A stretch of DNA of 64,000 nt from Octopus vulgaris. Taxonomy: Eukaryota. The notes below the pieces were generated by a model. It saw only the letters and a list, made by a program, of their open reading frames with translations. It searched no databases and was not told the origin of the DNA. The stretch is from assembly GCA_951406725.2 (NCBI GenBank), contig OX597814.1:78244001-78308000 (forward strand), read 5' to 3'. Both the position numbers and the translations under genes were made by a program. Each line of letters starts with the position of its first letter. Position 1 is the stretch's first letter. Of this stretch, positions 50,033 through 64,000 are shown in pieces.

Positions 50033-51768
50033 CACTGGGCAACAAAAAATGTTTTTCATTATATTATTTAAACTTTTTCAGCTGATTTAGGATAATTTTA
50101 GGGTGCTGAATCCGAATCAGACATCGGTTTTTAGACAGCACTTGTAGTTTTTTTAGTTATTTACAGTATCATATTTTCCAATTAATATTGGTAAGGTATT
50201 AGGCTATTTGCTTTCGATTTTCATTCATATACCCAACACTGAAACAAACATAAGTGCTGATAGAGGGAAATGTAGGCTACCTGTTAAATTGCCACACAAG
50301 ATGAGAATTTATTTTACTTTGTTATTGATGTAATTATAGTAAAGTTCACCTCACAGTATGCTATTGATATTAGGTTATAATAAGCCTCTCAGACTCCCTT
50401 TTCTTGATAACATAACAAAGTACACCAAATAAGAGAGTCAGGTTATATGAAAAGTAGTTTAGTAGTAAGCTTAGTTATTTATTAAAGTGATCAATGTTTG
50501 AAATTTAGAGATGGAATAAACTGTTTCGTGATAGCCATAGCTTCAGTACATTCTATAATATTTTATAATAATTCTATAATATTCTATAATAATTTCAATG
50601 ATTATTATTTCTTTTTATTTTGAGAAATATATTTTGATGTTTTACAGAAACATTTACAGTTATATTTTAGTTTACTGATAAGCTTCCATGAGTGCTGATT
50701 TAGGTTTTTTTTACTGTATGTATTTGTGATGAGCAGAAAAGTTTGTATTAATCTCCCGGACAGCTTTTGTTACGTGTGTGGAAAACTTACATCAAAAGAT
50801 CAGAGAAATAAGCTTACAAAGAAATTTTTAAATGCTTACAAGCTTTACTTTGGGTGCAAAGTTGGGGTCAAGATAAACTATGGACGCCTCATGTTTGTTG
50901 CAAAAACTGCTACACAGCCCTAACCCAATGGCTGAATGGTAAACGGAAAAGTATGACATTTGCGGTACCAGTGATATGACACGAACCAACAAATCACTAT
51001 ACCGATTGTTATATCTGCTTAACTAACATTACACATTTCTCTAAGAAAAACAAATCCAAAATTGTTTATCCAGATTGCCCTTCACCTTTAAAACCAGTTG
51101 CTCATACTGCTGAAAATATTCCAATTCCAGAACCTCCTTCATCTTTTGACAAAGATAGTTTAAGTGAAGAAAGTACTGCATCTACTTCAATTGAAGGCAT
51201 GCCGAGTGTTACTGCAGATCACTGTGATGAACCAGGGTCTTCAAAAAAGTTCCTTATTTATTAAGTCAACTTGAGTTAAATGATTTACTTAGACTTGGGT
51301 TTAACAAATGAAAAGTCAGAACTAATAGGCTCCAGGTTGAAACAATGGAATCTTTTACACGATACAGTAAAATGCTCGTATTTTCGAAAACGGCATACAG
51401 AATTGCGTGATTTTTTAATGGAGAAAAACGGTATTTGTTTTTGATGTAATGTTGAAGGACTCCTACATGATATGGAGTACGGCCATAATCCTGAAGAATG
51501 GAGTCTTCATTGATTCCAGCAAAGCAAGCCTAAAAGCTGTTTTGCTGCATAATGACAATCAAAAACCCTCAATATCACTAGCATATGCTGTAGGATTAAA
51601 GGAAACTTATGAATCAATGGATAAAATTTTACTCTTGATTAAATATTCTGAGTGGAATATATGGGGGACTTGAAAGTTATTGGTTTGCTTCTTGGGTTGC
51701 AAATGAGGTATACAAAGCATCAGTGCTTTTTGTGCCTTTGGAACAGCAGAGATGACAAGCATCACTAC
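50033..51768 (+). mobile_element. Chapaev3 (CMC superfamily) DNA transposon, 3'-truncated
   Basis: Starts TTA|CACTGGGCAAC. Transposase motifs: DSFCYVCG..YKLYFG..QDK.W.PHVCC..C, EPTNHYTDCY, FIDSSKASLKAVLLHN, LKETYESM, GDLKVIGLLLGLQ..YTKHQCFLCLWNSRD. Confidence 0.82.
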
Positions 51769-54199
51769 GTGTGTGTGTGTATCGATACAGCACTACTGTA
51801 TAATTAAATCAGCAAATATGTTTATTAAGCTTTATTGTCTTAACTTTTCTTACTGGAAATAATGAAATAATTCAATGGCGCTGCATAGGTCATGAGAACT
51901 GATATAAAAAACTCTTCTCTTTACGGTTGAAGTATCACAATCTCCCAGAGAAACCTAGTAACTTCCATAGGAACGTAATTCAGTAAATGATATGTTATTC
52001 AATTATTCAAGATTCTTACATTCGTACGTTTATAGGTCTCGAGGAACAGAATCCGTTAATTAATATGTAATTTAATGATTTAAAATACGGAAATTCAGTT
52101 TTCATACCCTTTTTTCTAGGAACGTATCCGGTCTGAAACATGGTGTCTGTCTGTATTCTAACCACCTGCTTCTTGTTAAAATATTCTCAATTCGATGTTG
52201 TACAGGATGGAAATCTCGTTCTGAACCAGACATTTATATGCCTAAAGTACACTGGCGTTTCTCCTAACAGTGAAAGAGGTCAGAGAAATGCAATCGTCAC
52301 AAAACTTTGGTCGGCCCGAGGCTATAGTAGAAGACAGTTGCCCAAGGTGCCACACAGTGGGACTGAACCCAGAACTATGTGGTTGGGAAGCAAGTTTCTT
52401 ACCACACAGCCATATATATATAGAGAGGGAGAGATGTACAAGGGTGTATGTGTGTCTATGTCTACTATGTAGTGTAATAGTAATTCAAATTTTGTCACCA
52501 AGATAACTGTTATTAGTGAGGGGTTAGTCGATATCATCGATCCAGTACACGACTGGTACTTATTTTATCCGCCCCGTAAGTACGAAAGGCAAAGTTGATC
52601 TCGACGTGAACGAAAATATCTAGAAGAAATATCACAAAACATTTTGTCCGGTACGCTAATGATTCTACTCGCTCACCTCCTTTGCAATGACTTAATAATC
52701 CTTTCTACTTTAGGCACAAGGTCTGAAATTTTAGGGGCGGGAGCAACTCGATTACAAGGAACTCCAGTACTCAACTGGTATTTATTTTATTGATCCCGAA
52801 AGGATGAAAGACAAAGTCGACCTCGGCGGAATTTGAACACAAAACGTGAAGCCGGAAGAAGTGCCGCTACGCATTTTGTCCGGCGTGCTAACGATTCTGC
52901 CAGTTCGTTACCTTTGCAATGAATTGATATAATGGTTTCAAATTTTGGCTTAAGGCCACCAATTTCAGAGGAGGAGTAAGTCGATAACATTAACTTCAGT
53001 GTTCAGCTGGTACTTATTTTATCGACCCCGAATGGATGAAAGTCCACCTAGGCACCATTTGAACTCAGAACACCGCCTTCACAGTGAGTTGATAATAATA
53101 GCATAATATATCGCTTACAAAAATATAGAGAGGTTGCAGTTAGTAATTTTAAAAAATTACCATTTCCAGAGAAACCTACTGAGAGTAACTTTTCACGTGA
53201 CATCAAACTATAAGTGGGTTTAAAATATAACTTCTTGCAAATTTTGATTATTAGAAATAGTTCTGTTTAACATGTCTACAATATTAAGTAACTGTATTGT
53301 ACCGAATCAAGTGAAGAGAGAATATGACAGTCTAGTCTAATGTGTTTGTGTCCATAGATAAAAGAACACTGAGTTATTATCCATATGTCTGATTAAAAAT
53401 TACTCTAATATCAGATGATTAAGTTTTCCTATGCGATGTCATAGGTCTGAATAGGTTGAAATATTTAATCTGTCAGTTGAATATTCTTTTCTACCCTAGG
53501 TACAAGGCCCGAAATTTTTATGGGAGGGAGCCAATCGATTAGATCGACCCCAATACGCAACTAGTACTTAATTTATCGACCCCGAAAGGATGAAAGGCAA
53601 AGTCGACCTCGGTGGAATTTGAACTCAGAACGTAAAGACGGACGAAATACTGCTGAGCATTTTGCCCGGCTTGCAAGCGATTCTGCCAGCTCGCCCCCTT
53701 AATTTGGCAGTTGAATATTATTAAGTAAAATGTCGAAAATCTGCTGAGAAAGTCGTTTTTTTTTTTTATTTTGTATAAAACATTTTATTTTACAAGATTA
53801 TTAAATAATTTCTTGTATGCCGCACGATACAAGCAACAAATGATGCAAAATTCTCAGCCACAATCGATAAATCTAAATGTTTCATTTTTATCAATTGCCA
53901 AAACAAAGAGTACTATACAGTATTTTATGTATAACCAGAAACTTCTTATAATGTTACTTCTGCTGCTGTAGTTTTGGCTTATTGTCTTAATCAACATCAG
54001 TACAAACAGCCAAAGTAACTTCCCCACTATTCTGTTTTCTTCTGTTACTCAGTCAAATCAACCGATGAGTATTAATTTCCGTAAACCATCACTTGACAAC
54101 TAGAAACGTCCTTTGCAAACAGTTTATTTCACTGCTTTTGATTTCATTCATTATAATTAAATCTACGATCGTACATGTATTTTTTTTATTTTCTGTGCA

Positions 54200-56070
54200 A
54201 TGTACATTGAACATTCCAAGTTACACCATGTTAGGAGTAAAGGAAATGCATTTTTAACAGAAAGATTTTGTAATTGCAAGAAGAAATTGTCGGTACTTTG
54301 ACAAATATCAACGCTCTTAATGTCACAGTGCTGGTACTTAACTGGAAGTAATGATTCCTAAATCTCATAAATTAAAGAACAGCTGATTGAATTTGCCAAA
54401 CAAAAAGATAAAAGAAACGTAAAACCGCATGCAAACAAATCGTTAAAAATTATTGAGTGTTTGCACTTCCTTTACTGGCAAGAAATAACCAAGGAAGGAA
54501 AAATTGGAGATTAATTTAAAATTGTATAACCTAGTACTAATGGGAAAGACGATTCTGCTATTTTCAGATGCTCAAAAACGCAGGTTCAGACAGCTAACTC
54601 AACCGCCATATACAAAATTAGTTCTGTTCCATAATAGCAGATTTTGTTATTTCAAAGTAATCCTGCAGATGTTTATATTATTGCTAACACCGATAGCACA
54701 AAAATAAAAAAGAATTAAAACTAACAACTTACATTATGTATCCGTTGAATCTACCAATATCTGGCAGCCATTGAAAAATTTCGGCATTTTATTCTTTATC
54801 AAACTTAAAATCTATAATATTTTTTAGCTATTATGAATGTTCTTATAAAACTGTAGCTTTTTTTAGCGTATTCATTGCAGAACGAGCTACAAACTCGGGG
54901 TGGGGGGAATCTGGCGTGGACATGTGCTTGGAAGAATTTTAACGAAAGACTTTAGCAACCTATTAGCAAGCACACTCTTTAATTCTGAGTTTGAAGAAAA
55001 CAACAATGCTATGTAAGGAACAATCTAGAGTTATGTAAAACAGTAAGGAGAGTATCATTGTAATCAAATTTTCACCAAGGAAGAAAAATTTGATTGATAA
55101 ATTGGAAAAAAAAACTATGGAAGTGTCTCGAGGAATATTGACACTTGGCGTTATCTTAGTCTTTGAATATAACTAGATGGACATTGCACACTAATTGCTT
55201 CGACAAATTCTTGATAATTATTCTGTCCTAGTCAAGTGTCGGCAATTATGTGCACAGTCACAATTGATGCATTTGGGGCAGGGTTGCATAATTGAATTCC
55301 AGGTTCAAATGGAAACGTTTGATTTCTTCTTAGGTCTAAATTTCGATCAGATCTTACTCATACCGAAAATATATTAAAGTAACTTGTCTGAATTACTAAA
55401 TACGTTTTGAAAGATATGAGGAGTAAAAATTCATCTAAGAAGGCAGGAACATACCATTTTTTTCTCGAAACCTGCAGCGAAAAGCTCCTCGAAAAATTGA
55501 CATAGAAATCGAGGAAAATAGACTTCACTCGACAGCTCGAGACCATTACCCGGATAGGTATTTTGAGACCGTAGATATACAATGACTGCGTCTATGGAAA
55601 AACGGTTTGATCAGCGAGTTAGAGTATATTTAAAACTGGTGACATAATTTTGAAGATAATCAGCAAAGAGAACACCTCATAAGAAATCAATTATGTTAAA
55701 TAAACATATGTGGATAATTTTGTCGTTAAATTATTAATGGTTCAGCTCTCAGCATCAGAAATTTCTGTGGGAGAAACTTCTACTGTTTGACTGACAGCGT
55801 AAAGCATTTGAATGATAAAAAAAAAAAAATAGCCGATGGCAAGCACATATCACAGATTTGTACAATTTACACAAGTTTTACTTGTATTTCTGATAAAATC
55901 TTCTACGGCTGAACGAACATTTTCTCGAGCAAAAGGAATAAAGCCTTCAGTCACGAATGACACGAGAGAATAAGTTCTCGATCACAAATGAAAAAAACAA
56001 AACGTATCTGATTGCAGCTACAACAAAATTTTCTTCTAGAAACAGCAACAGGCAAAAAAAAAATATCAAC
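54200..56070 (+). mobile_element. Highly decayed hAT (Tip100/ZMYM1-like) transposase relic
   Basis: TRWT..LRQILDNY at ~55170, QMETFDFFLGL at ~55305, and STAERTFSRAK (dimerisation-domain-like) at ~55900. Confidence 0.55.
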
Positions 56071-56328
56071 AGATTCTGTTTTAAAAGAAAATTTAGATTA
56101 ATAGAGTTTTACAATTACGACTGTTTTACTGTTATAACATAACATCACATAACTGATGTTATATTACAGATAGATTACGAATTTTAATCAGAGATTGACA
56201 TACCTTTCACTAGCGAATTATATATAACTGGTCCCAGTGACAGAATATCAAGTAATTGTGTTTGCGGTCAGTTCATATTTATATCTATTCTGACAAACAC
56301 ATCTTTACCGAAGATGAAGTCGTTGATC

Positions 56329-56408
<80 letters not shown>

Positions 56409-57001
56409 TAATGACGCTTTCTTTTCAAGCGTGATACTTATGGCAAACTTTGATAAAACTTGCTCTTGTGTTTTGACTTGTTTGCTTAAGTGGATTTGTT
56501 CTCTCATCTTTTACACGACGCATGTGCGCACACTCACTCTCAAACACCCATATACAGATATACATGTATATGTATATCTATATATATACATATCCATACA
56601 TGTATATACACTTTTTTTCAATCATTCGCCATGCTGGACCGCTGAAACCTACACATTTTTTTCATTCTCTCTCTGTTTAATAACACGACTATGGTCAAGT
56701 TCGACCGTTTCCATAAAGAGTTTTCCATATTTCTTTTATAAATTCTCTGTTTAGTTTGGAACAATAACACTGCTAAATCTCTTAATATAGATCCCTTTCC
56801 GCGAGACAGGGTGGACATATCACATGACATATTCTAATTACTTTACCAGATATAGTGTAGTTATTCGAAATTACATCAAACATAAAGGACTAATAAAGAT
56901 ATATGAAAGAACCTTAATAAAAAAAAAATATCAAACTTGAAGACAGCGGTGTTGTTTTAATAAAACGTTTGAAAGAAAACTTATTCACTATTTACTCAAA
57001 T

Positions 57002-57068
<67 letters not shown>

Positions 57069-57236
57069 TACATATATATACACACATACACACGCACACA
57101 AAAGTGTGTGTATTTGGGTAAACAGGGTGTATACATAAATATAAACATGTGTGTGTGTGTGTGTAAATATGTATGTATTTATGTATGCATGTATATATAC
57201 ATATATACATAATATATATTTGTGTATGTGTATATA

Positions 57237-58467
57237 TCAGGTCATCTCATAAGTTCTGAATTTTGAATAAGGAATACAAGTGATCAAATGTTATATTTAA
57301 TTGAAATTTAATCACCAGTGTATTTTCCCTGATTATCTGACTTCCTTCCATCTATTTACAAGCTTTTAAATCTCATCAATGTAAAATTCTTTTGGTTTCA
57401 AAGCGAAGAACTCTAGAATGTCAGTTTTGACCTCTTCCTGGCTTGCAAAAGTTATGTCCCCCAAATAATTCTAAAAACTACGAAACAAGGTCGGGAGAAT
57501 AAGGTGGATGAGGATTTTTCCCAACCAAGCTCTTCGATCTTCTGTGATGTGATCTATGCAGTGTGGGGTCGCGCATTTTTCTAATGAAACATCACTTCTT
57601 TTAGATTCACTAAAGCGGGGTTTTTTTTTCTTCAAAGCTTGGTTCAAACGCTCTAATTGCTGACAGTTGATTTGAGCATTGATTGTTGTATTAGGTGGTA
57701 ACAATTCAAAGTGAATTACTCCTTTGCAATCCTACCAGATAGAGAGAAGAACCTTTTTTCCATGAAGTTCCCTTCTCGGTTGTGGTTGAGCTTTTTCCCT
57801 TTTACCAAGCCACTGTTTACGACGTTTAACATTTCGATAGAAGATCCATTTTTCGTCACCAGTCACAAGTATATCCAAAATTGGTGAAATGAGTTCGCTA
57901 GAATGAAGAGAAGTAGCAGATGTCAACTCGGGATTTGCGGTAGCTTTCGGACAATTCATGAGGCACCCATTTTCCAAGTTTAGGAACCTTTCCAAGTTGT
58001 TGACGATGATGATGATCAGTTGTATGGTTTGAACTGCCAATTCTTCAACTGATAATGCAGGATTTTCTTCAAGTGATGCCTCAATGAGCTTATCATCAAA
58101 CGCAACTGTTCGATCTTCATCTTCAAGCTGAAATCTTCACTTCTGAATTTTGCAAACCATCTTCTGCAAGTTCTTTCATTCAAGCATTTTTTCCCATAAA
58201 CTGAGTGTATGTTTTGAGTCGCTTCGGCAGTAGAGTTTCCTTTTTAGTACTCATAAAGCACTATGTGCCTTAAATGCTCTTTGGATACCTCTATGTTTGA
58301 AAGGGTTTTAATCAGATATTTTCATTTTATTATTCTGTAAATTAGTTTAAATGTACATAAATGTATAAAAATAATTTCTTGTATTCCATTAGACATTCTA
58401 AAATACTATTAGATTTCATTCAAATTTAAAAAAGGTAAAATCGGACAAAACTTATGGGATGACCTGA
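57237..58467 (-). mobile_element. mariner transposon, full length (~1.23 kb), inactive
   Basis: TIRs TCAGGTCATCTCATAAGTT / AACTTATGGGATGACCTGA with TA flanks. Transposase motifs ILVTGDEKWIFYRN, LHGKKVLLSIW and TINAQ..CQQLERL. Confidence 0.93.
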
Positions 58468-59053
58468 TATGTGTGTGTGTGTGTGTAGATATATAAATAT
58501 ATATATATGTACGTATATATATGTGTGAGTGTGTGTGTACATACATTCATACATACATATATACATACATACATACACACATACATACATACATACATAC
58601 ATACATACATGCATACATACATACATACATACATACATACATGCATACATACATTCAATTGTATCAAGGACCTATAATCCTTTCAGGGATGCTAGCATCC
58701 TAGTTCTCCGTTTATACCAGTGTTCAGTGAAAACTAAATGTATTAGTTTTGCATTGATATATATATATATACACACACACACATAGATATTTATGGATTT
58801 GAATATCTTTAAATAAACTCATGTGTGCATGTCAATTTCTCTATTCCTTCCTTTTCTCATTCCTATATATATAGACATCTAACAACATCGCATTACAGAC
58901 ATTTAGACCGCAACAAAAACTATAGCAAGCATTAAAATGACGATCAAGGAATTCAAGAATTCCTATCATGTCTTCCTCGTCATATATTTCCACTCTCAGC
59001 AATTCAACACGAATACTTACACACAAACACGCGCACATGCACACGCACACGCA

Positions 59054-59113
<60 letters not shown>

Positions 59114-59676
59114 GTAACCATCTTCCGTAACGGGTGAGCTTTCTTAGTTTCTGCCTTTCCTAGTTCATTCTTTATGGTTCAACACGCGCATCTACATATT
59201 CAAATAGACACTGACACAAGTATTGATTGCGGGTATATGCTTGTGTATGTAAGGAGAGGAAATAGTACGGGATAACTCACAGTGCTTTGAGGATTTCCCA
59301 AGTGCTTTGAGGATTCGAAACTGAGGACTTAGCGCAGTTGGGTTGATATTAATATTATTTATTTTAGATACAGCTTGAGCTGCGGGACATTACATTAATC
59401 TGATGTCGACTGAAGATCACAGAGATTTCGGTACCTTCCGACAGTTTTGCTCTCTCCAGCGGGGCTTAGCATCGTTGATGTTACTAAGGAATGTATTACC
59501 AGGAAATAGATTTTGTGTGTATATGTGTGAGGATGTGTGTATCTATTAAGAATGTATGTATAAATGTGTGTGTATATAAAATAAATATAAAATAAATGCG
59601 TATATAATATCTATAAACACATATTTTGTTATATATATATATATACATACATATATATATTTATGTGTATACAGAC

Positions 59677-59774
<98 letters not shown>

Positions 59775-59941
59775 ATTAAGGGTAAAATCAATTAGTTATT
59801 AATTAATTTCACCAAGTAGTGTTCAGTATGTAAAAGGATCATTCAAGGCGTATTCAAAATATTACTTTATATAATTAAGGGTTCAGTAAAATAATTTACT
59901 TTGTGGCAAAGTAAATTATTTTACTGAGACCTTAATTATAT

Positions 59942-60013
<72 letters not shown>

Positions 60014-60208
60014 TATTAAAGGCTGTGCTCCAGCATGGCCGCAGTCAAATGACTGAAACGAATAAAAGAATATAAATATAAGTGTGTATATATATGTGTG
60101 TATGTGTGCGCGTGTGTGTGTACTCGCGCTTTTGTGTGTGTGTGTGTGTGTGCCTGTATGTATACACAAACACATACGTACATGAACACATGCATATATA
60201 TATATATA

Positions 60209-60432
60209 TAACGGGAAGCTTTATGAAAATAGACAAAAGACGAAGGCAGGTGGGAAACAAACAAACAATTGTATTAGTATGGCGCTCAGGAAATATAAAT
60301 AAAACAAGTCTTTAACGTTTCGAGCCTACGCTCTTCAACAGAAAGATACACAGAGAGAAAAAAACACAGAAAGAAGGAGAGAAAAAAAGAGAGAAAAAAA
60401 ATGCGTGCAGTAACTAACGAATCAACATGGCG
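60209..60432 (-). mobile_element. Second copy of the ~210-nt hammerhead mini-element (HHR 60309-60346)
   Basis: Near-identical to 36926-37137, including the CTGTTGA core variant. Confidence 0.85.
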
Positions 60433-60433
60433 A

Positions 60434-60509
<76 letters not shown>

Positions 60510-61046
60510 TCACACGCACATAAAATTCACATATATTTTACTAATATATTTAATCATGCGTATAATTAGCGTACACCCTTTCACATATACATATTTGGTT
60601 AATAAGCCGTTAAGTCTGAAATGTTGCTCCGTTCCCATTCTCCGAGAGAGTGGCATCTGTTTCGTCGAATAACCTAAGTGCGTTAGGATTTCTATGATAA
60701 GGAACATTCGTTTGAGATATTGGCTGGACGTGTAACTATTTTTAGTGGTGTGGAGGTATGGTTAGATCTGTTGGTGCCTTACTGGGATTTTAGTTTACAG
60801 CTGAAGTCAAGTAAAAACGTTACAAAAGTAACAATAACAACAATAGCATTAACAAGATATACGCTAAGAATCACATGCATTCACAGCTACACAGTTGTGC
60901 ACATACACACACATACATACACATACATACACACTCACACGCACACAATCAGTCGTACCCAAGGTTATCTTAGTGTTCAGTATTAAACACACAAAAGCAC
61001 TATATGTGTGTGTCTAAGTTCACACATACATACATACACACACCAT

Positions 61047-61087
<41 letters not shown>

Positions 61088-61217
61088 AGTGAGTGGATAA
61101 GCGAAAGAAAGAGGCAATCAAAGTATTTTGTAGGAGTTACATATATTTAAAATAGTTTGAAACAATCACATGGTGTCGAATCAAACTGTTTTAAATGATG
61201 ATGATGATTATTATTAT

Positions 61218-62805
61218 ATTGTGCCACAATCATGTATCCTAGAATGCCTTGATATATTTGCAATAGGTGAGAATGTTGTTCAGCTCCTAAAGAAACAGTA
61301 TGCCAAAATGCAGACGTATACTAACATCAGGTCAAGTCAAGTTATGTTAGGTGAAATCAACAGAAGTAGGGAAATATTCCAAAGTGATACATTCTCACCA
61401 CTGCTATTCGTAGTTTTCTTATCTCTTTTGCATCGATACTGAGCGAGGTTAAATCATGCTACGAATTTAGCATGATGAAAATATAAACCACGTCATGTTT
61501 ATGGGACGGCATGAAATTATTTGCCAAAAGTTAAAAAAGTTTTAGATTCACTGGTCTAGACTTTTAGAGTTGTGAGTGTTGAGATTGGCATGGAGTTTGG
61601 AATAAATAAATGTACGGTGTCGGTAATAAGAAAATGGAAAATATACACTTTAGGAGGGATTTAACTCCCAGATGAGGCAGTAATCCGTGTAATGGATAAG
61701 GGTGATAGTTACAAGTACCTAGATGTACTGGAGACAGATAGAACCCTCTGCCAAGAAATGAAAAGAAGGTGAGAAACGAATGTCTCAGGAGAGTAAAAAG
61801 TGTGCTAAACTCAAAACTGAAAGAAGGAAAAAGCATCTCTGCAGTAAACACATGGGCAGTCTCTCTAATAAGACATTCTGCTGCTTTCCTGAACTGGACT
61901 AAGGAAGAACTAAGTGACATAGATAGTAAAACCGGAAAGATGATATACAGGTCGCTACATCTCTGAGACAGAGTCGATAGTTTATACCTATCATGGAAGG
62001 AGTGGGGAGAGAACTAATATCAATAGAAGACTGTGTAGCGATGGCAAAACGGGATAAAGATGAGTATGTGTTAAGCAACTCAGAAAGACTGATTTCAGCT
62101 GCAATAGGAGGGGAAAAAGAAGTTGTGAGGACGGCAACGGAAAACAAGGAGTGAAGAAAACAGGAGCGAGAAAGAAACATCTGGGAAAAAAATACACGGT
62201 CAACATCTCAGGCAAAAGCAGGACGTCGCAGCAAAGGAGCCTTGGTTACGGTTGAAGAATAGATACCTTAAGAAAGAAACCGAATGACTCACAATGGCTG
62301 CTCAGACCCAGTCATTGCGGACAAATATCATTAAGATAAAAATAGACAAATCCGCGAAAGTGCCAAGTGCAGAGTATGTAACGAAGAAGAGGAATCCGTT
62401 ATGCACATAATAAGTTTCTGTAGTCTTTTTGGTACAGAAAGAATATAGACGCAGACACGACAGGAGAAGAGAGGAAAAGGAGAAGAGAGGAAAATATCCG
62501 GATTTGGCTTGGGAAATAAGAAGACCGTTGAGGGTTTCTAGAAATGTAAGCCCATTTGTCATAGGTGTCCTAGGTAACGTCACCAACAGACTTAACAGTT
62601 CCCTTATTGAAATTGGTGTAACTACGAGAGTTGCATTAATTCAGAAATCTGCTCTTATTGGGAACAGCAAGGATTGTTAGAAAAGTCCTCGATATCTAAG
62701 GAAACTCGTTGTGACCCGATATCAAGGATATTGATTCCGAATGTAAAACACGAACAGCAGCGGCAGCAGCAGCAACAACAACAGCAACAATAACAATAAT
62801 AATAA
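61218..62805 (+). mobile_element. R4/Dong-like non-LTR retrotransposon (RT, CCHC finger, RLE), 5'-truncated and decayed
   Basis: IFQSDTFSPLLF, YKYL, AVNTWAVSLIR, LISIED, HGQH, MAAQTQSLRTN, KCRVC....ESVMHI, EYRRRHD, EKRGKYPDLAWEI, PFVIGVLG, LIQKSAL. Ends in an (AGC/AAC/AAT)n tail. Confidence 0.85.
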
Positions 62806-62884
62806 TCTTTTCTACTCTCGGCACAAAGCTCGAAATTTTTGAGGGGGAGGCCAATCGATTAGATCGACCCCATTGTCGTTCGGC

Positions 62885-63480
62885 CACATTATTGAAACTC
62901 AATAGGAACTCGTTGCCATACTGTTTCTTAACGTTCCTTTCAGACAATACAATCCCAAATGACTCTACAAATGAGCAATCTTAGCAGCTAAAAATGTCGC
63001 AGTAACAGAAATCAACAGGAGACTAGTGGACGTGCTATCAATAGAGAAAAGTTGTCACAAATTCATTGGCCCAGTCAGTTTCTACGACCAGGATATATAA
63101 ATTTAGCGAATTTCTGAAGTTGCAAGAAAGCAGGAGCCCTTACACACAATCTGATTTTGAAGCTTGTAGCATCAGCTATGCTACTTCGTAACTTACATCC
63201 TCTAAAACCTTTGCAAAAATATGATGCAAAAAAAAAACGTCTAATCATGTTCAGAAAATATTCTGATGATAGTTGTTTTGTTTCAAGCAGAACACTGACG
63301 CCATATGGTTTTGGACATGAGACTCTGCTTCGACATGACGCTCAATAAATCTCAAGAGTAACCATTGAAAGTTGTGAGATTAAGTTTGGTAAGCCATTGT
63401 AAACCTGAAGCTTTACTTTGATACTTTAGGTAATAGTAACCTCGATCGTCTCTTTATCAGACAATAACAGGATAAAACCA
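62885..63480 (+). pseudogene. Helitron PIF1-like helicase fragment, decayed
   Basis: AILAAKNVAVTEIN, EFL...HNLILKLVASAMLLRNLHP and NKSQ...LKVV match Helitron helicase motifs (RAILAPKN, LKVG.P.MLLRNL, INKSQGQ). Confidence 0.72.
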
Positions 63481-63657
63481 AAAGTACTTTTTACCCGTAG
63501 GCTTTCGAATGCCCAAATAAGTAAACATACTTTTAGGTTTGGCGATGTAAACAGAAAAAATATAATTCAAAACATGCGTCAGTGTATTCACTTATATGAG
63601 TAAATAGACATATATAAATATATAAATATATAGATATACATGCAAACATATATACGC

Positions 63658-63751
<94 letters not shown>

Positions 63752-64000
63752 ACAAACACGCACACACGCACACACGTATACTCCTACACAATAAACATCT
63801 TTATGCCGTCCGCTACTATATTTATAACCGCCTGACGTGTGTATGTCTATACGTATATATACATAAGTGTGCTAATGAGTATGTGCATATATAGGAGACC
63901 ACCAGGTGTAAGTGAATTTGGTAGACGGAAACTGCAAAAAAACCTGTCGTATATACAAATGTATGTCTATGTTTGTGTGTCTTTGTCTTTGTATTTGTGT

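Noticed and set aside
58841-59110. Protein-like stretch IRVELLRVEIYDEEDMIGILEFLDRHF on the minus strand
   Set aside because: There is no acceptor/donor pair framing it and no recognisable domain, so it is probably chance.

Overview
AT-rich, microsatellite-saturated eukaryotic DNA, almost certainly intronic or intergenic sequence from an octopus (coleoid cephalopod), judged from the characteristic tRNA-derived SINE families and the (TA)n/(TACA)n/(CA)n load. No intact host gene is recognisable. There is at most one candidate 63-nt internal exon (21642-21704, +). Nearly all ORFs in the supplied track are microsatellite artefacts. The window is a transposon graveyard containing: a Neptune-like Penelope-like element (PLE; coiled-coil ORF1, RT, GIY-YIG; minus strand, 1533-4855), an RTE fragment, a pogo/POGK-like transposon, a non-coding LTR element with a tRNA-Trp PBS, a Ty3/Gypsy relic carrying a nested ORF1-only Tx1-like element, a Chapaev3 transposon, a hAT relic, a full-length decayed mariner, an R4/Dong-like LINE, Helitron pieces and dozens of SINEs. 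Three signals stand out. (1) A HIV-type U-UUU-UUA slippery heptamer sits exactly at the -1 overlap between the PLE coiled-coil ORF1 and its RT-endonuclease ORF. (2) About ten minimal hammerhead-ribozyme motifs lie in short non-coding repeats inserted at (TA)n tracts, including a discrete ~210-nt retrozyme-like mini-element with a zero-loop helix III and a CUGUUGA core variant. (3) Long inverted duplications recur, the largest a ~570-bp near-perfect hairpin, and are built from these repeats. All family assignments come from motif recognition by eye, not database searches.
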